Assembly (NCBI GenBank): GCA_964470055.1
Contig: CAYXZZ010000001.1
Span: 6,291 to 70,290 of the forward strand
From: an uncultured Mycoplasma sp.
GTDB lineage: Bacteria > Bacillota_I > Bacilli_A > RF39 > UBA660
DNA: 64,000 nt
Direction: 5' to 3'
Shown here: positions 50,351-61,482 of the stretch, one piece after another
Layout of the letters: every line of letters begins with the position of its first letter
How positions within the stretch are numbered: position 1 is the stretch's first letter
The notes under the pieces: generated by a model
Told to the model about the DNA's origin: nothing
The model's database searches: none
Seen by the model: the letters and a program-made list of their open reading frames with translations, nothing else
Position numbers and translations under genes: made by a program

Positions 50351-50386
50351 AAAGAGAAAAATCAAAATGATGTTTCTCTTTTTGTA
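50351..50386 (+). terminator. Rho-independent terminator after the 46755..50306 gene
   Basis: 'aaagagaaa' ... 'tttctcttt' followed by TTG-T-rich sequence. Confidence 0.45.
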
Positions 50387-50537
50387 TATTTAAAAGACGA
50401 AATACAAAAATTTATGTGAATTCAGACTAACAACATACTCATTCCAATATAAAAACCTCGCTTCTTATATCCAAGAAACGGGGTTCATGTCATATAAAAC
50501 TCAACTAGGTTTTGTCTCAAATTTTTACTGTTTATTT

Positions 50538-52541
50538 TTATTTAACAATTGTTATTTTTATAGTTGTACAATATGATACCCAATTTCCTTCAGTAACATT
50601 TATACTACATACCATACCACTAGTAGTTGCTCCATTAGGACAACTATCAACGTAAGTAGGGGTAATTGTAAATCCAGGATTTTGTGCCTTAGTAGCCGAA
50701 TATACTTGGGCTCCAGTATTTCCAACACCAGTCCAGAAAACAGCACCTTTTGATGTATCACAAGTAGTAGTTGAACCTCCACTTGAACTTCCGCCTGAAC
50801 TGGAACTTCCTGAACTACTTGCAGGTTTAGGACCATTACTAATTGTTAGGGTAATAGTTGTTCCTTGTGCTACTTTAGAACCACTACTAATTGATTGTTT
50901 AATAACATTTCCTTTTGTAACTGCACTACTATAACTATAAACTAAACTATATCCAAATCCAGAACTCTTTAATTTGCTAGTAGCCTGCGCTTGAGTAGAA
51001 CCAACAACATTTGGAACTGTTGCTTCTTTTCCATCAGAAACAGTAACTACAATTGTATCATTATTCTTTATTGTTTCTCCTTTTTTGTAAGAGTAACTTA
51101 TTGCTTCTCCAGCCTTAACACTATCACTAAACTCATGTTGTTCATCATACTTAATTTCATATTTTTCTGCCCATTCCCTAAACTCATTATAAGTCTCAAA
51201 TTCTGGCATTACTAACTTTCCACGAGAAATAACAACTTCAATTACAGTGCTTTCACTAACAATATCTCCTTCTTCGTAATTCGCACTAATAACAGAATTC
51301 TCAGAAATAGAGTCATCATATTTATCAGTAAACTCTAACTTCAATTTATTTTTAATAACCCATTCTGTAACCTCTGACATTGTCATATTCTTCAAATTAG
51401 GAATCTTTACTTCCGGTCCCTTACTAATACTAATAGTAATCTTATCACCATTAATACTTACCATTGTACCTGCTTTAACACTTTGTTTAACAACTAATCC
51501 TTTTTTTACATCACTAGAGAAAACCTCTTCAAACTCATAATTTAAATGATGTTGTTTTAAATAAAAAGTTGCCTCAAATTTACTCATACCAGTTAAATCA
51601 CTTAATTTAACTTCGTCATATTCAAGTTCCTCACCATATGAGAAAGTAAGTTTTAATGCTTCATCTCTTCTTAAATTTCCACTTTTACTTTGTTCAATAA
51701 CTGTATTAACTTCTTTACTAGATTCAACAAACTCAACTTCTACATTAGATAAATGATTTTCTTTAATAAACTCAAGCACTCGTTCACTATCCCAACCAAC
51801 CATATTTGGAATAACAATTTCCTTAGAAGGATTAGGACCTTCACTTACCGCAACCGTAATACTATTAACATCTTTTATCTTTGTACCAGGTTCAACATCT
51901 TGTCCAATAATGTGATATTCATCAATCATATCACTATACTCATATTCCTGAACAATATCTACTTTATATTCTTCACTCCATTTAATAACCTCAGTTAACT
52001 CCTTATTAGTAAAATCAATAACCCTTGTATTTGGAAAACTAATAACTCCAAACGTCATCAACATTCCAAATGCAAAATATCCAAGTAATAAGAAACCACT
52101 TAAGAAAAAACCAGTTTTATTTTTCCTATTAGTAGTAATAGACGCCGATACAAACATTAAAGTAAACACCATCAACAGTAAATTACTAATTAATGTCGAA
52201 ATAGAATCAGTATCAGTATAAAACAAGTTAACAATAAAATATGCCAAACTTACAAGTAATACTATAACTAAAAAACTATGTACAAAAGGATGTTTAAAAA
52301 CTTTTCTCTCTCTAGAGAAATCTTTCTCACTTTTTGTAGCCACATTTTCCTCCTCAATCGATTCACTTCGACTAACTCTTGTTTCCCTCTTTTCAACATT
52401 CTTTTCTCTAATTTCTTTTTCTATTTTTTCTGTATTGTCATTTTCCTTTTCAACAACTTCTATTTTCTCTTTTTCTATTCGTATGTCATCTTTTGGACGA
52501 TTATTCTTATTTTTTTTCTTACTTGCCATAAAAACCTCCAT
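50538..52541 (-). CDS. Membrane protein with tandem PASTA-like domains and no kinase domain
   Basis: Basic/acidic N-terminus, two TM, then at least three repeats beginning '(I/V)PN(M/V)VG...'. Gly/Ser-rich linker and Cys-containing C-terminus. Confidence 0.5.
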   Translation of the reverse strand: MEVFMASKKKNKNNRPKDDIRIEKEKIEVVEKENDNTEKIEKEIREKNVEKRETRVSRSESIEEENVATKSEKDFSRERKVFKHPFVHSFLVIVLLVSLAYFIVNLFYTDTDSISTLISNLLLMVFTLMFVSASITTNRKNKTGFFLSGFLLLGYFAFGMLMTFGVISFPNTRVIDFTNKELTEVIKWSEEYKVDIVQEYEYSDMIDEYHIIGQDVEPGTKIKDVNSITVAVSEGPNPSKEIVIPNMVGWDSERVLEFIKENHLSNVEVEFVESSKEVNTVIEQSKSGNLRRDEALKLTFSYGEELEYDEVKLSDLTGMSKFEATFYLKQHHLNYEFEEVFSSDVKKGLVVKQSVKAGTMVSINGDKITISISKGPEVKIPNLKNMTMSEVTEWVIKNKLKLEFTDKYDDSISENSVISANYEEGDIVSESTVIEVVISRGKLVMPEFETYNEFREWAEKYEIKYDEQHEFSDSVKAGEAISYSYKKGETIKNNDTIVVTVSDGKEATVPNVVGSTQAQATSKLKSSGFGYSLVYSYSSAVTKGNVIKQSISSGSKVAQGTTITLTISNGPKPASSSGSSSSGGSSSGGSTTTCDTSKGAVFWTGVGNTGAQVYSATKAQNPGFTITPTYVDSCPNGATTSGMVCSINVTEGNWVSYCTTIKITIVK

Positions 52542-52672
52542 TATCTTATATAAACAATTATATAATAAAACCCTAAAAAGATAAACAACTACTCGTAATA
52601 GAACCGTCTATAATTGTAAAAAGATGTACAAGCATCAAGTGATTGTGTTACAATAATATAAGGAGTGGTAGT

Positions 52673-53377
52673 ATGAAGATATTGGTTATTATACCTTGTT
52701 ATAATGAAGAAAAAAATATAGAAAAAACAGTAAATAGTCTAATTAAAAATAACCTAGACTACGTAATCATAAATGACGGAAGTAAAGACAATTCATTAAA
52801 TGTCATTAGAAAAAATAATTTTAACTGTGTAAATCTAAGTAACAATCTTGGAATAGGAGCAGCAGTTCAAACCGGATACAAATATGCAAAAGAACATAGC
52901 TATGACATTGCTATTCAGTTTGATGGAGATGGTCAACATGACGTTAATTATATAAATAAAATAGTAGAACCAATTAAAAATAAAGAAGCAGATATGGTGA
53001 TTGGTTCTCGTTTTGTTGGTAATGAAAGTGAATTTAAATCAACACAAATTAGAAGGGTAGGGATAAATCTATTATCGTTTCTACTTAAGTTAATTTCTGG
53101 TGAAAAAATAAAAGATATGACTTCTGGATTTAGAGCCGTAAATAAAGAAATAATTGAACTATTTGCCAAGGACTATCCTCAAGAATATCCAGAACCAGTA
53201 ACTAATCTTTCTCTTGCTAAAAGAAAATTTAAAATTAAAGAAGTACCAGTAAAAATGAAAGAAAGAGAACATGGAAAATCATCAATAAATGCCATAAAAT
53301 CTATCTATTACATGTTTAATGTAATACTATTATTTACAATAATAGGCTTTACTAAAGGAGATGATAAACATGCCTAA
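52673..53377 (+). CDS. GT2 polyprenyl-phosphate glycosyltransferase (GtrB/CsbB-like)
   Basis: 'KILVIIPCYNEEKNI' and 'QFDGDGQHD' are GT2 DxD-type motifs. The start is taken at 52673 with a GGAGTGG SD. Confidence 0.75.
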   Translation: MKILVIIPCYNEEKNIEKTVNSLIKNNLDYVIINDGSKDNSLNVIRKNNFNCVNLSNNLGIGAAVQTGYKYAKEHSYDIAIQFDGDGQHDVNYINKIVEPIKNKEADMVIGSRFVGNESEFKSTQIRRVGINLLSFLLKLISGEKIKDMTSGFRAVNKEIIELFAKDYPQEYPEPVTNLSLAKRKFKIKEVPVKMKEREHGKSSINAIKSIYYMFNVILLFTIIGFTKGDDKHA

Positions 53378-53744
53378 GAAGTTAATAGTTGTTTTAATTG
53401 TATCAATTCTCATATTTTTAATTTACGTTCTAAAAAATATTAAACAAAACAAACTTAATATTAAAAATGCTCTTATTTGGATGATTATGTCTGTTGGTAT
53501 TATTATCTGTACTTTCCAAGTAACCAACTTACAAAAATTAGCCAAGATTGCAGGCATAGAAACAGTTTCAAATATGATCTTTTTCCTAGGATTCATTTTC
53601 CTAATATTTACATGCTTTAATATTACAAAAACTATCTCTATGCAAAATAGAAAGATAGTTACTTTAACTCAAGAACTAGCCTTATTAAGAAAAGAAGTGG
53701 AAGATAAAAATGAAAAATTTAGACGAGATAAAAAGAATAATTAA
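53361..53744 (+). CDS. Small membrane protein, DUF2304-like
   Basis: Three TM, 127 aa, directly after the GtrB-like gene. Confidence 0.4.
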   Translation: MINMPKKLIVVLIVSILIFLIYVLKNIKQNKLNIKNALIWMIMSVGIIICTFQVTNLQKLAKIAGIETVSNMIFFLGFIFLIFTCFNITKTISMQNRKIVTLTQELALLRKEVEDKNEKFRRDKKNN

Positions 53745-54102
53745 ATATCTATTTTCAGCAGGCTCATCATTTGTAATTGACTTAATTCTATTTACAATTT
53801 TTAATTACTTATTAAAAGACTTAGGAAGTATTTCTATAATAGTCGCAACCATCATCGCTAGAATACTTTCTTCACTATATAATTATTTTCTAAATTCAAG
53901 ATTTGTCTTTGGTAATTATGACAAGTCAAGCATTATAAAGTACTATGCTTTAGTAGTTATACAAATGATTGTCTCAGCCACATCTGTATATTTACTAAGT
54001 CTGGTATTTACAAAAATTAATGACACAATCATAAAGATGGTTATTGATGTTGTTATTTTCATTGTAAACTATATTATTCAGAAAAAGGTGATTTTTAAAT
54101 GA
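53710..54102 (+). CDS. GtrA-family membrane protein (putative flippase component)
   Basis: 130 aa, four TM, 'FSAGSSFVIDL' GtrA-like start. Confidence 0.55.
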   Translation: MKNLDEIKRIIKYLFSAGSSFVIDLILFTIFNYLLKDLGSISIIVATIIARILSSLYNYFLNSRFVFGNYDKSSIIKYYALVVIQMIVSATSVYLLSLVFTKINDTIIKMVIDVVIFIVNYIIQKKVIFK

Positions 54103-55832
54103 GACTATTACTTGGAACTATAATCTTCTGGTTAACTATTCTTGGTATTAAAAAACTAATTGAAGATAAATTTAAGATAGAAAAAAGTTTTACTTTAGCC
54201 TTATCTTTTACTGTCATAGGAATTATCATGTTTCTAGCCGGAATATTAAATTTAATGCAACTAACCGCCATTCTTTTAGTATTAGTAGGAGTAGGGTATG
54301 CTATCTATTCAACCTATAAAGAAAAGCCAACTTTAAAAAGTATTAAGAAAAAAATTTTAAAACCGTCAGTGATAATCCCGATTATAATTTTCGGCTATAT
54401 TACTATCATTGGTGTTGGGATGCACCTAACTCATTATGATAACTTTTCTCATTGGGGATTAATAATAAAAAATATGTTTCTTGATAATGCCTTACCAAAT
54501 TTTGAAGACACGATGATTATGTTCAAAGGTTATCAACCAGGAAGTGCTTGCTTCATTTATTTTTATGGACTCCTTGCCGGAAAAACCGAAGGTGCTATGA
54601 TTATTGCTCAAAACTATTTGATATTCAGTTACTTAACTGTTCTTTTTGGCTATATTAAGGAAAATAATAAAATTTTAAAAAATATTTTAATTACAATCTT
54701 CTATATTTTTATAATGACAGTCTCAATAAAATTTAATGACTTATTAGTAGATAGTCTAATTGCCACAATGACAATTTCTTCTCTTGCAATTTTATATTAC
54801 TACAGAAAAGATCTAAAAAAAGGTTTTATGTATTCCTTACCAATTTCAATATTTTTACTACTTGTAAAAAATACAGGTTTAATTCTTGCTGGAATAAATT
54901 GTTTATATATGTTATATATTGCCTTCAAAAATAAAGAACTAAAAAAAGGCTTCAAATATGTCATTATAACAGGCTTAATACTTCTCGCATTTTTATTACT
55001 TTGGCAAAGTCATGTTAAATTAGTATATGGAGAGCTTGCCTTAAATTCTAAACATTCCCTAAGTACCGAAAACATCATTTTATCATTACGTACCAAGGGT
55101 TGGAGTAATATATTTTTCTTCATAAAAAGTTATTTTTTCCATTTGTTTACTTTAAAAGATAATGTTACTAACATATATATTCTAATAATTAATGCAATTT
55201 TATTCGCCTTTATGTTTTCAGAAAAAAGCAAAAAAGAGCGAAAAAGAATTCTTCTTTTAATTGGCGCAGTAGATTTAATTTATTTAGGATACTATGCAAT
55301 TTTAGGAGTTATGTACTTATTATCAATGCCATGGGAAGAAGCAATAATTTTTGCCAGTTATGAAAGATACATGACAACTATAAGCATCATAATTATTGGT
55401 ATAATTTTCTTTTACTTATTAGCCTATAAAGAAGATAAACACAAGTTTAAAATTACTAGTTTTGCTATTATTATCCTAATGCTTTCATCAACCTATTTCT
55501 TTCAAAGTAATGTCAGAGGTTTACTTGGAAATGATGATTACAAAGGATCATTAGTAGAAAAATACGACAACATCTTAAATGAATACAAAATTGATACAAA
55601 TAAAATGTACTACATTTATTCACCATCATCTAAAAATGATTTCAGTTACTTATATCATATGTCAGTCTATAAACTAAACACAGAAAATGTAGAGATGGTC
55701 TATTCAGAAGAAGAACTTCCAACTGATAAAAATGGTGTTGTAATTTTTATTGATGAAGATAAAACTGCAATCGAAAAAACCATCAACGCTGATTGGATCA
55801 AAACATCAGATTTAATATTTGAAAAAGAGTAG
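54099..55832 (+). CDS. Large polytopic membrane protein, candidate GT-C-type glycosyltransferase
   Basis: ~13 TM plus a C-terminal soluble region. Third gene of a GtrB-like/GtrA-like/membrane-GT arrangement. Confidence 0.35.
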   Translation: MRLLLGTIIFWLTILGIKKLIEDKFKIEKSFTLALSFTVIGIIMFLAGILNLMQLTAILLVLVGVGYAIYSTYKEKPTLKSIKKKILKPSVIIPIIIFGYITIIGVGMHLTHYDNFSHWGLIIKNMFLDNALPNFEDTMIMFKGYQPGSACFIYFYGLLAGKTEGAMIIAQNYLIFSYLTVLFGYIKENNKILKNILITIFYIFIMTVSIKFNDLLVDSLIATMTISSLAILYYYRKDLKKGFMYSLPISIFLLLVKNTGLILAGINCLYMLYIAFKNKELKKGFKYVIITGLILLAFLLLWQSHVKLVYGELALNSKHSLSTENIILSLRTKGWSNIFFFIKSYFFHLFTLKDNVTNIYILIINAILFAFMFSEKSKKERKRILLLIGAVDLIYLGYYAILGVMYLLSMPWEEAIIFASYERYMTTISIIIIGIIFFYLLAYKEDKHKFKITSFAIIILMLSSTYFFQSNVRGLLGNDDYKGSLVEKYDNILNEYKIDTNKMYYIYSPSSKNDFSYLYHMSVYKLNTENVEMVYSEEELPTDKNGVVIFIDEDKTAIEKTINADWIKTSDLIFEKE

Positions 55833-55840
55833 GTGATTAA

Positions 55841-58150
55841 ATGAATAAATTTATAAAAGAAAACTTAAACAAGATTCTAAGTATTTTCATTCTTCTTCAA
55901 CCGCTACTTGATTTAGTGACTGGACTTTGTCTTCACTTATTTAATTTTAATATCACAATCGGCATCATAATTAGAGTTTTATTTTTACTATTCATAATGT
56001 ACACTTCCGCTGTTGTCTATAAAAATAAATTTTCACTGTATACATACATCATTATTCTTCTATATTCATTTTTTTATTTAATAGGTATAGTAGTTTATAA
56101 AGATGGAATGATTTTTCAAGAAATTCAAGGATTAGTCAAAGTCTTTTACTTTCCATTAATCCTAGTATCTTTGTATGAATTAAAAGAAGAATTTAAAATT
56201 AGTAAAATGACACTATTCACAACGCTAATTTTTTATCTACTTCTCATACTAATTCCTAATCTTCTCGGTATCGGTTTTAAAAGTTATCAAATAACCAAAT
56301 CCGGAACTTTAGGATTCTTTAATTCAGCCAATGAAATAAGTGGAATTATCTCACTTCTAACACCGATAATGTTTATTATTTTAAAAGACTTAAAAAGTGT
56401 CTTTCTAAAAGTAATATTTTTCCTAATATATTTAATTGTCATTTTAACAATCGGAACAAAAACTCCGTTACTTACTTTATTAATTACTATTGGAATGGCT
56501 TACTTATATTACATAATTATTTGTCTTAAAAAGAAAACTTATAAACCAATTCTTTTATCTGGAACAGCAATCATCATTGGTTTATGTAGTCTTATTCTAA
56601 TAATTCCTAAAACAAACTTCTATAAAAACATAAAAGTCCATCTAGATTATCTAGAAGTCGATAATGTATTTGAAGTATTTCAAGAAAAAGAATTAATTGA
56701 TCATTTTATCTTCAGTCAACGTCTAACGTTTTTAGATGATAAGATAGCTCTTTATTCTAAATCGTCAACTTATGAAAAAATCTTTGGAATAGGTTATACA
56801 CATAATAATGAAACTACTAAATTAATTGAAATGGATTATTTTGATATTTTATACAGCCATGGAGTTATCGGATTTATATTATTTTTTACTATATACTTCT
56901 TAATTCTATACAAAATATCAAAAGAAAAAACACCATTCACATTTGAAAAATACATGTTAAAACTAAGCCTTTTCCTAATCTTGATTCTTTCATTATTTAC
57001 AGGTCATATCATAACCGCCCCAGCAGTTTCCCTACTAGTAGTAATATTAATTCTTCAAACTGCTAAAAGAACTAAGAAAGATTTATTATTTGCCTCAGTT
57101 AATTTCGAAATAGGGGGCATTGAAACCTCTTTAATTAATTTACTAAATCAGTTTGACTATAGTAAATATAATGTCACGGTAGTCCTTGAAGAAAAAAAAG
57201 GTTTATTAATTGGTAGAGTAAATAAAAATACAAAACTAGTAGAACTAAAAGTCTCAAATAATTCTAATGTCATTATTAGAAAATTAACTAACCTTACAAG
57301 AAAGTTAGCATTTACAATCTTAAATTATCATAATTATGACTTTGGTTGCTGTTACGCAACATACAGTTTAAGTTCCAATAAACTTGCTAGAATTTCTTCA
57401 AAAAATACTGCTTTTTATGTTCATAGTAACTACAAATATATTTATGAAAAGGACGAACTATTAAAATTCTTTAATGAAAGAAACATTCAAGATTTCCGAA
57501 AAATTATCTTTGTTGCTAAAGAAGCAAGAGATGACTTTTTAGAGTTTTATCCAAACCTAAAATCAAAGTGTGAAGTCTTTGCCAACTTTATTGATGTAAA
57601 GATGACCTTAGAGAAGAGTAAAGAAAATATTGACGCTAAAAAGCCCAAAAATAAAAAATTATTAGTTTTTGTTGGAAGACTAGATGACCATGCCAAGAAA
57701 TTATCTCGTGCTATTAACTTAATAAAAGAACTTGATGGTTTGGCTTTATGGATAATTGGAGATGGACCAGACCGAGAAATGTATGAGAAAGAAGTAAAAA
57801 AATATAACCTTGAAAAACTAATAACTTTCTTCGGTCGTAAAGAAAATCCCTATCCATACATGCTTCAATCAGACTATGTAATTTTAACTTCTGACTATGA
57901 AGGTTTCCCATTAATTTATTTAGAAGCCATTACTTTAAATAAAGAAATAATCACTACAATTGATGTCAGTGATTCTCAATTAAATATTGGTAAAGACTAT
58001 GCCTATATAGTTTCTAAAGATAAAGATAAAATGGTTACTGAAGTAAAAAATATCTTAAAAGATAAAGGAAAGATAAAGAGTGTAGATTTTAGTAAACTTC
58101 AACAAGAAAAATTTAAGCGTCTAGAAAAAATCTTTAATGAGGTGGTATAA
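55841..58150 (+). CDS. Fusion protein: N-terminal Wzy/O-antigen-ligase-like polytopic domain and C-terminal GT4 glycosyltransferase domain
   Basis: ~12 TM with 'EMDYFDILYSHGVIGF'. The C-terminus has 'LVFVGRLDDHAK' and 'SDYEGFPLIYLEA' (GT4 E-x7-E region). Confidence 0.5.
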   Translation: MNKFIKENLNKILSIFILLQPLLDLVTGLCLHLFNFNITIGIIIRVLFLLFIMYTSAVVYKNKFSLYTYIIILLYSFFYLIGIVVYKDGMIFQEIQGLVKVFYFPLILVSLYELKEEFKISKMTLFTTLIFYLLLILIPNLLGIGFKSYQITKSGTLGFFNSANEISGIISLLTPIMFIILKDLKSVFLKVIFFLIYLIVILTIGTKTPLLTLLITIGMAYLYYIIICLKKKTYKPILLSGTAIIIGLCSLILIIPKTNFYKNIKVHLDYLEVDNVFEVFQEKELIDHFIFSQRLTFLDDKIALYSKSSTYEKIFGIGYTHNNETTKLIEMDYFDILYSHGVIGFILFFTIYFLILYKISKEKTPFTFEKYMLKLSLFLILILSLFTGHIITAPAVSLLVVILILQTAKRTKKDLLFASVNFEIGGIETSLINLLNQFDYSKYNVTVVLEEKKGLLIGRVNKNTKLVELKVSNNSNVIIRKLTNLTRKLAFTILNYHNYDFGCCYATYSLSSNKLARISSKNTAFYVHSNYKYIYEKDELLKFFNERNIQDFRKIIFVAKEARDDFLEFYPNLKSKCEVFANFIDVKMTLEKSKENIDAKKPKNKKLLVFVGRLDDHAKKLSRAINLIKELDGLALWIIGDGPDREMYEKEVKKYNLEKLITFFGRKENPYPYMLQSDYVILTSDYEGFPLIYLEAITLNKEIITTIDVSDSQLNIGKDYAYIVSKDKDKMVTEVKNILKDKGKIKSVDFSKLQQEKFKRLEKIFNEVV

Positions 58151-59070
58151 TGACAAAATTTAGTATTATTATTCCTGTTTATAATGTAGAAAAATATTTA
58201 AAAAAATGTCTCGATAGCGTTAAAAATCAAACTTTTAAAGATTATGAAGTATTAGTAGTAGATGATGGTTCTACTGATAAAAGTAAAGAAATTGCTAAAA
58301 AATACGACTTAACTTTAATAGAGAGTAATCACGTAGGCGTAAGTAGTGCTAGAAACATGGCTATCAAAAAGGCCAAAGGTGAATATTTAGTTTTCCTAGA
58401 TAGCGATGATTGGTGGGATAAAGAATTACTTGAAAAATTAAATGAAAGTAGTAAAACACAACCAGACTTAATAAGATTTCAAATGCGCACAGTAACCGAT
58501 CAAAATATCAAAACGGATTATTCAGAAATATCCTTTGAAAATAAATCGGGAGAAGAAGCCTTTAAACTAGTAACCACATTTCACTTCGTTGATGCTGCTT
58601 GCTGCTATGCAGTAAAAAGAAGTTACTATGAGAAGGAAAAATTTCAATTTGCAGAAGGAAAAATTCATGAAGACTATGGTTTAATGCCACTACTAATAAT
58701 TAAAGCCAAATCAGTAAATTGTCTTTCTTATATTGGTTATAATTATTTTAGAAGAACAGGTAGTATTATGACAAATGAAAATTATAATTGGACTAAGAAA
58801 AAAGTAGCAGATTTCTTCTTTCACTATAACTTTTTAATTGAAGAAATACACAAAACAAAATTAGACAGCACTTATTTCAAAAGTTTTGTTGCTAATAGTT
58901 TAATCTTAAAAATCTGTTCTCTTCATGGAAAAGATTATCGAGAATATAAAAAGAAATTAAAAGAAAATAAAGTCTTTGATAATATCTTAACTAATTCACT
59001 ACCAAGAAAATTAAAGAAAATTCTCCTTCAGATATCTCCCAAAATATATTATAAGACGCTAGGAAAGTAG
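58150..59070 (+). CDS. GT2 family glycosyltransferase
   Basis: 'FSIIIPVYNVEKYL' and 'VLVVDDGSTD'. Confidence 0.8.
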   Translation: MTKFSIIIPVYNVEKYLKKCLDSVKNQTFKDYEVLVVDDGSTDKSKEIAKKYDLTLIESNHVGVSSARNMAIKKAKGEYLVFLDSDDWWDKELLEKLNESSKTQPDLIRFQMRTVTDQNIKTDYSEISFENKSGEEAFKLVTTFHFVDAACCYAVKRSYYEKEKFQFAEGKIHEDYGLMPLLIIKAKSVNCLSYIGYNYFRRTGSIMTNENYNWTKKKVADFFFHYNFLIEEIHKTKLDSTYFKSFVANSLILKICSLHGKDYREYKKKLKENKVFDNILTNSLPRKLKKILLQISPKIYYKTLGK

Positions 59071-59078
59071 GTGTAATT

Positions 59079-60026
59079 ATGACTGATATAAGTATTATTG
59101 TTCCAATATACAATGCTGAAAAATTTATTAATAAGTGTATCGATTCTTTATTAAGTCAAACTAAACAAGAACTAGAATTTATTCTTATAAATGATGGTTC
59201 AACTGATAATACCGACGAGATTATAAGTACATACAAAGATAAACGTATAAAATATTTTAAAAATAAAAATCAAGGAATTGGAAAAACTAGAAACTTTGGA
59301 ATTGAAAAAGCAACTGGTAAATATTTAATGTTTGTTGATAGTGACGACTATTTAGAACCAACTGCCTGTGAAAAACTTTATGAAAAAGCCATATCTTCCA
59401 AAGCAGAAGTCATTGTTTGTGACTTTTACAAAGTTTATGATGATGGTCATAAAGAAGAAATAAAACTTCCAAGTTTTAAAACGGGTAAATTAAAGGATAA
59501 TCCTAATATTTTAATTGATATTAATCTGGCACCTTGGAATAAATTGTATAAAACAAAATTAATAAAAGATAATACTATAAAATTTGTTGAAGGTATCAAA
59601 TATGAAGATGCTCCATTCGTTGCGGAAGCCCTAGATAAAGCAAGTAAAATCGCTAAACTGGATAACTTCCTAAACTATTATGTAATTCATGGCAATAGTG
59701 AAACCACCGTCCGAGATAAAAGAATTTTTGATATTTTAAAAATTGTTGATATCATTAGAAAATATTTTAAAAATAAAAGTTATATGAATGATATCGTTGA
59801 TAAGTTAACAGTTAGAATAATTACTAATTATAATATCCAACAACGTAATCAAAAAGATAAAAAAGTAGGGATGAAATTTATTAATACATCATTTGCTTAT
59901 CTAAAAAAAGAAGTACCAGATTATAAAGCTAATAAATATTATGAAAATAGATCTTTCTTAAAGAAAACTATCGAAAAAAGTAAATTTCTATCAAAAATAT
60001 ATTGTCGCCTATATAAAAATAAATAA
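59079..60026 (+). CDS. GT2 family glycosyltransferase
   Basis: 'ISIIVPIYNAEKFI', 'ILINDGSTD' and 'MFVDSDD'. Confidence 0.8.
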   Translation: MTDISIIVPIYNAEKFINKCIDSLLSQTKQELEFILINDGSTDNTDEIISTYKDKRIKYFKNKNQGIGKTRNFGIEKATGKYLMFVDSDDYLEPTACEKLYEKAISSKAEVIVCDFYKVYDDGHKEEIKLPSFKTGKLKDNPNILIDINLAPWNKLYKTKLIKDNTIKFVEGIKYEDAPFVAEALDKASKIAKLDNFLNYYVIHGNSETTVRDKRIFDILKIVDIIRKYFKNKSYMNDIVDKLTVRIITNYNIQQRNQKDKKVGMKFINTSFAYLKKEVPDYKANKYYENRSFLKKTIEKSKFLSKIYCRLYKNK

Positions 60027-60220
60027 TCTAAATACATTTTTGCTACTGCATATGAACCTTGCTAAGTAAAAAGTATCTAGTTAACAACATAAAGGTTATG
60101 ATTAGTTTCATAATCTTTTTAAATTACCACCGAGGTTTACATTATTTTGAAAATATTATATAATTTACTTATAAAGTCTAAATAATTGAATATGATACTT
60201 GATAGAAAAGATGTGATGAT

Positions 60221-61468
60221 ATGAAGAAAAGAAATATTTTAATGTGTTTGGAATTTTTAGATATTGGTGGAGTAGAGACTGCTGTTGTTACACTATGTAA
60301 AGGTTATATTCGCGCGGGACATAAAGTATATGTTGCTGCTAAAAATGGAATGTATGCTAAAGAACTAGAACGTATTGGAGTAGAAGTCTTATATTTAGAA
60401 CATAAAATAAGAAATTATTTTCGTTTAGATAAAAAACAACAATTAATAGATTTTTGTAAAGAAAAAGAAATTACAGAAATTCATATTCACCAATATCCTT
60501 GTATTATGTACTGGCTTCCAGTTTGCATGGAGTTAGATCTTCCATATGTGGCTTATGCACATTCCATCGTTCCAGGAGCAATTGATTGGTTTACTAAAGA
60601 GTTTCCAACATATCGACTTGCTTTACCAATTTTCTTTGAAAATGCATCTAAAATTGTATGTATTGCAGAAAGTACCAAACAAGAAATAGAAGACATATAT
60701 CACTTAGGAGAAGATAAATACATAATCGTTTCTAACTCATTAAATATGGAAGATTTTCCAGCCGGAAAAATTCCAGAACAACTTTCAACCTTTGGAATTG
60801 CCGCTCGTTTCTCTGAAGAAAAAGTATCATCAATTAAACATGGAATAGATCTTTTTGAAGCATATTGTTTAATATCAAACGATAAAGCCTGTAAACTACT
60901 AATAGCCGGAGATGGTCAAGAAAAGAAAAACTTAATCAAATATGTTTCTTCAAAAAAGTTGACCGATAAAGTAGAATTTCTAGGTCGTGTTTCCAATATG
61001 CCAGAGTTTTATAAAAAAATAGATGTTTTTATTGGCGTAGATAGATGTATTCTAGAGGCAATTGCATGTAAAAGGCTATCTATTATCAGTAGTTATACCG
61101 ACAGTATGAATATTATTACCAAAGAAAACATTGAAGAAGCAAGTAATCAAAACTTTTCAGGGATGAACTTAGAAAATGATAATACCGTCTTAGAAAAATT
61201 ACAAAAAATCGATAAGAAAGAATACAAAAAAATTACTGAAGATAACTACAATTTTATTAACTCAAAATATAATGTAGACAATAATTTATATAAGTATGAA
61301 CTTACTGCTAACTACACTAACGACTACAAATATATTTTTAAAACAACTAATAAATATACCAAAGAGATTTATCGAATCAATAGCAAATGGCCAATTAAAT
61401 TATATCGAAATATCGTAAATTACATTAGAAGAGTTCTAAGTAAAATAAAATCTATATTCATTAAGTAA
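60221..61468 (+). CDS. GT4 family glycosyltransferase
   Basis: 'GGVETAVVTL' N-terminus and 'LIAGDGQEK...FIGVDR' C-terminal half. Confidence 0.65.
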   Translation: MKKRNILMCLEFLDIGGVETAVVTLCKGYIRAGHKVYVAAKNGMYAKELERIGVEVLYLEHKIRNYFRLDKKQQLIDFCKEKEITEIHIHQYPCIMYWLPVCMELDLPYVAYAHSIVPGAIDWFTKEFPTYRLALPIFFENASKIVCIAESTKQEIEDIYHLGEDKYIIVSNSLNMEDFPAGKIPEQLSTFGIAARFSEEKVSSIKHGIDLFEAYCLISNDKACKLLIAGDGQEKKNLIKYVSSKKLTDKVEFLGRVSNMPEFYKKIDVFIGVDRCILEAIACKRLSIISSYTDSMNIITKENIEEASNQNFSGMNLENDNTVLEKLQKIDKKEYKKITEDNYNFINSKYNVDNNLYKYELTANYTNDYKYIFKTTNKYTKEIYRINSKWPIKLYRNIVNYIRRVLSKIKSIFIK

Positions 61469-61482
61469 AGGTGGAGAGGTAA

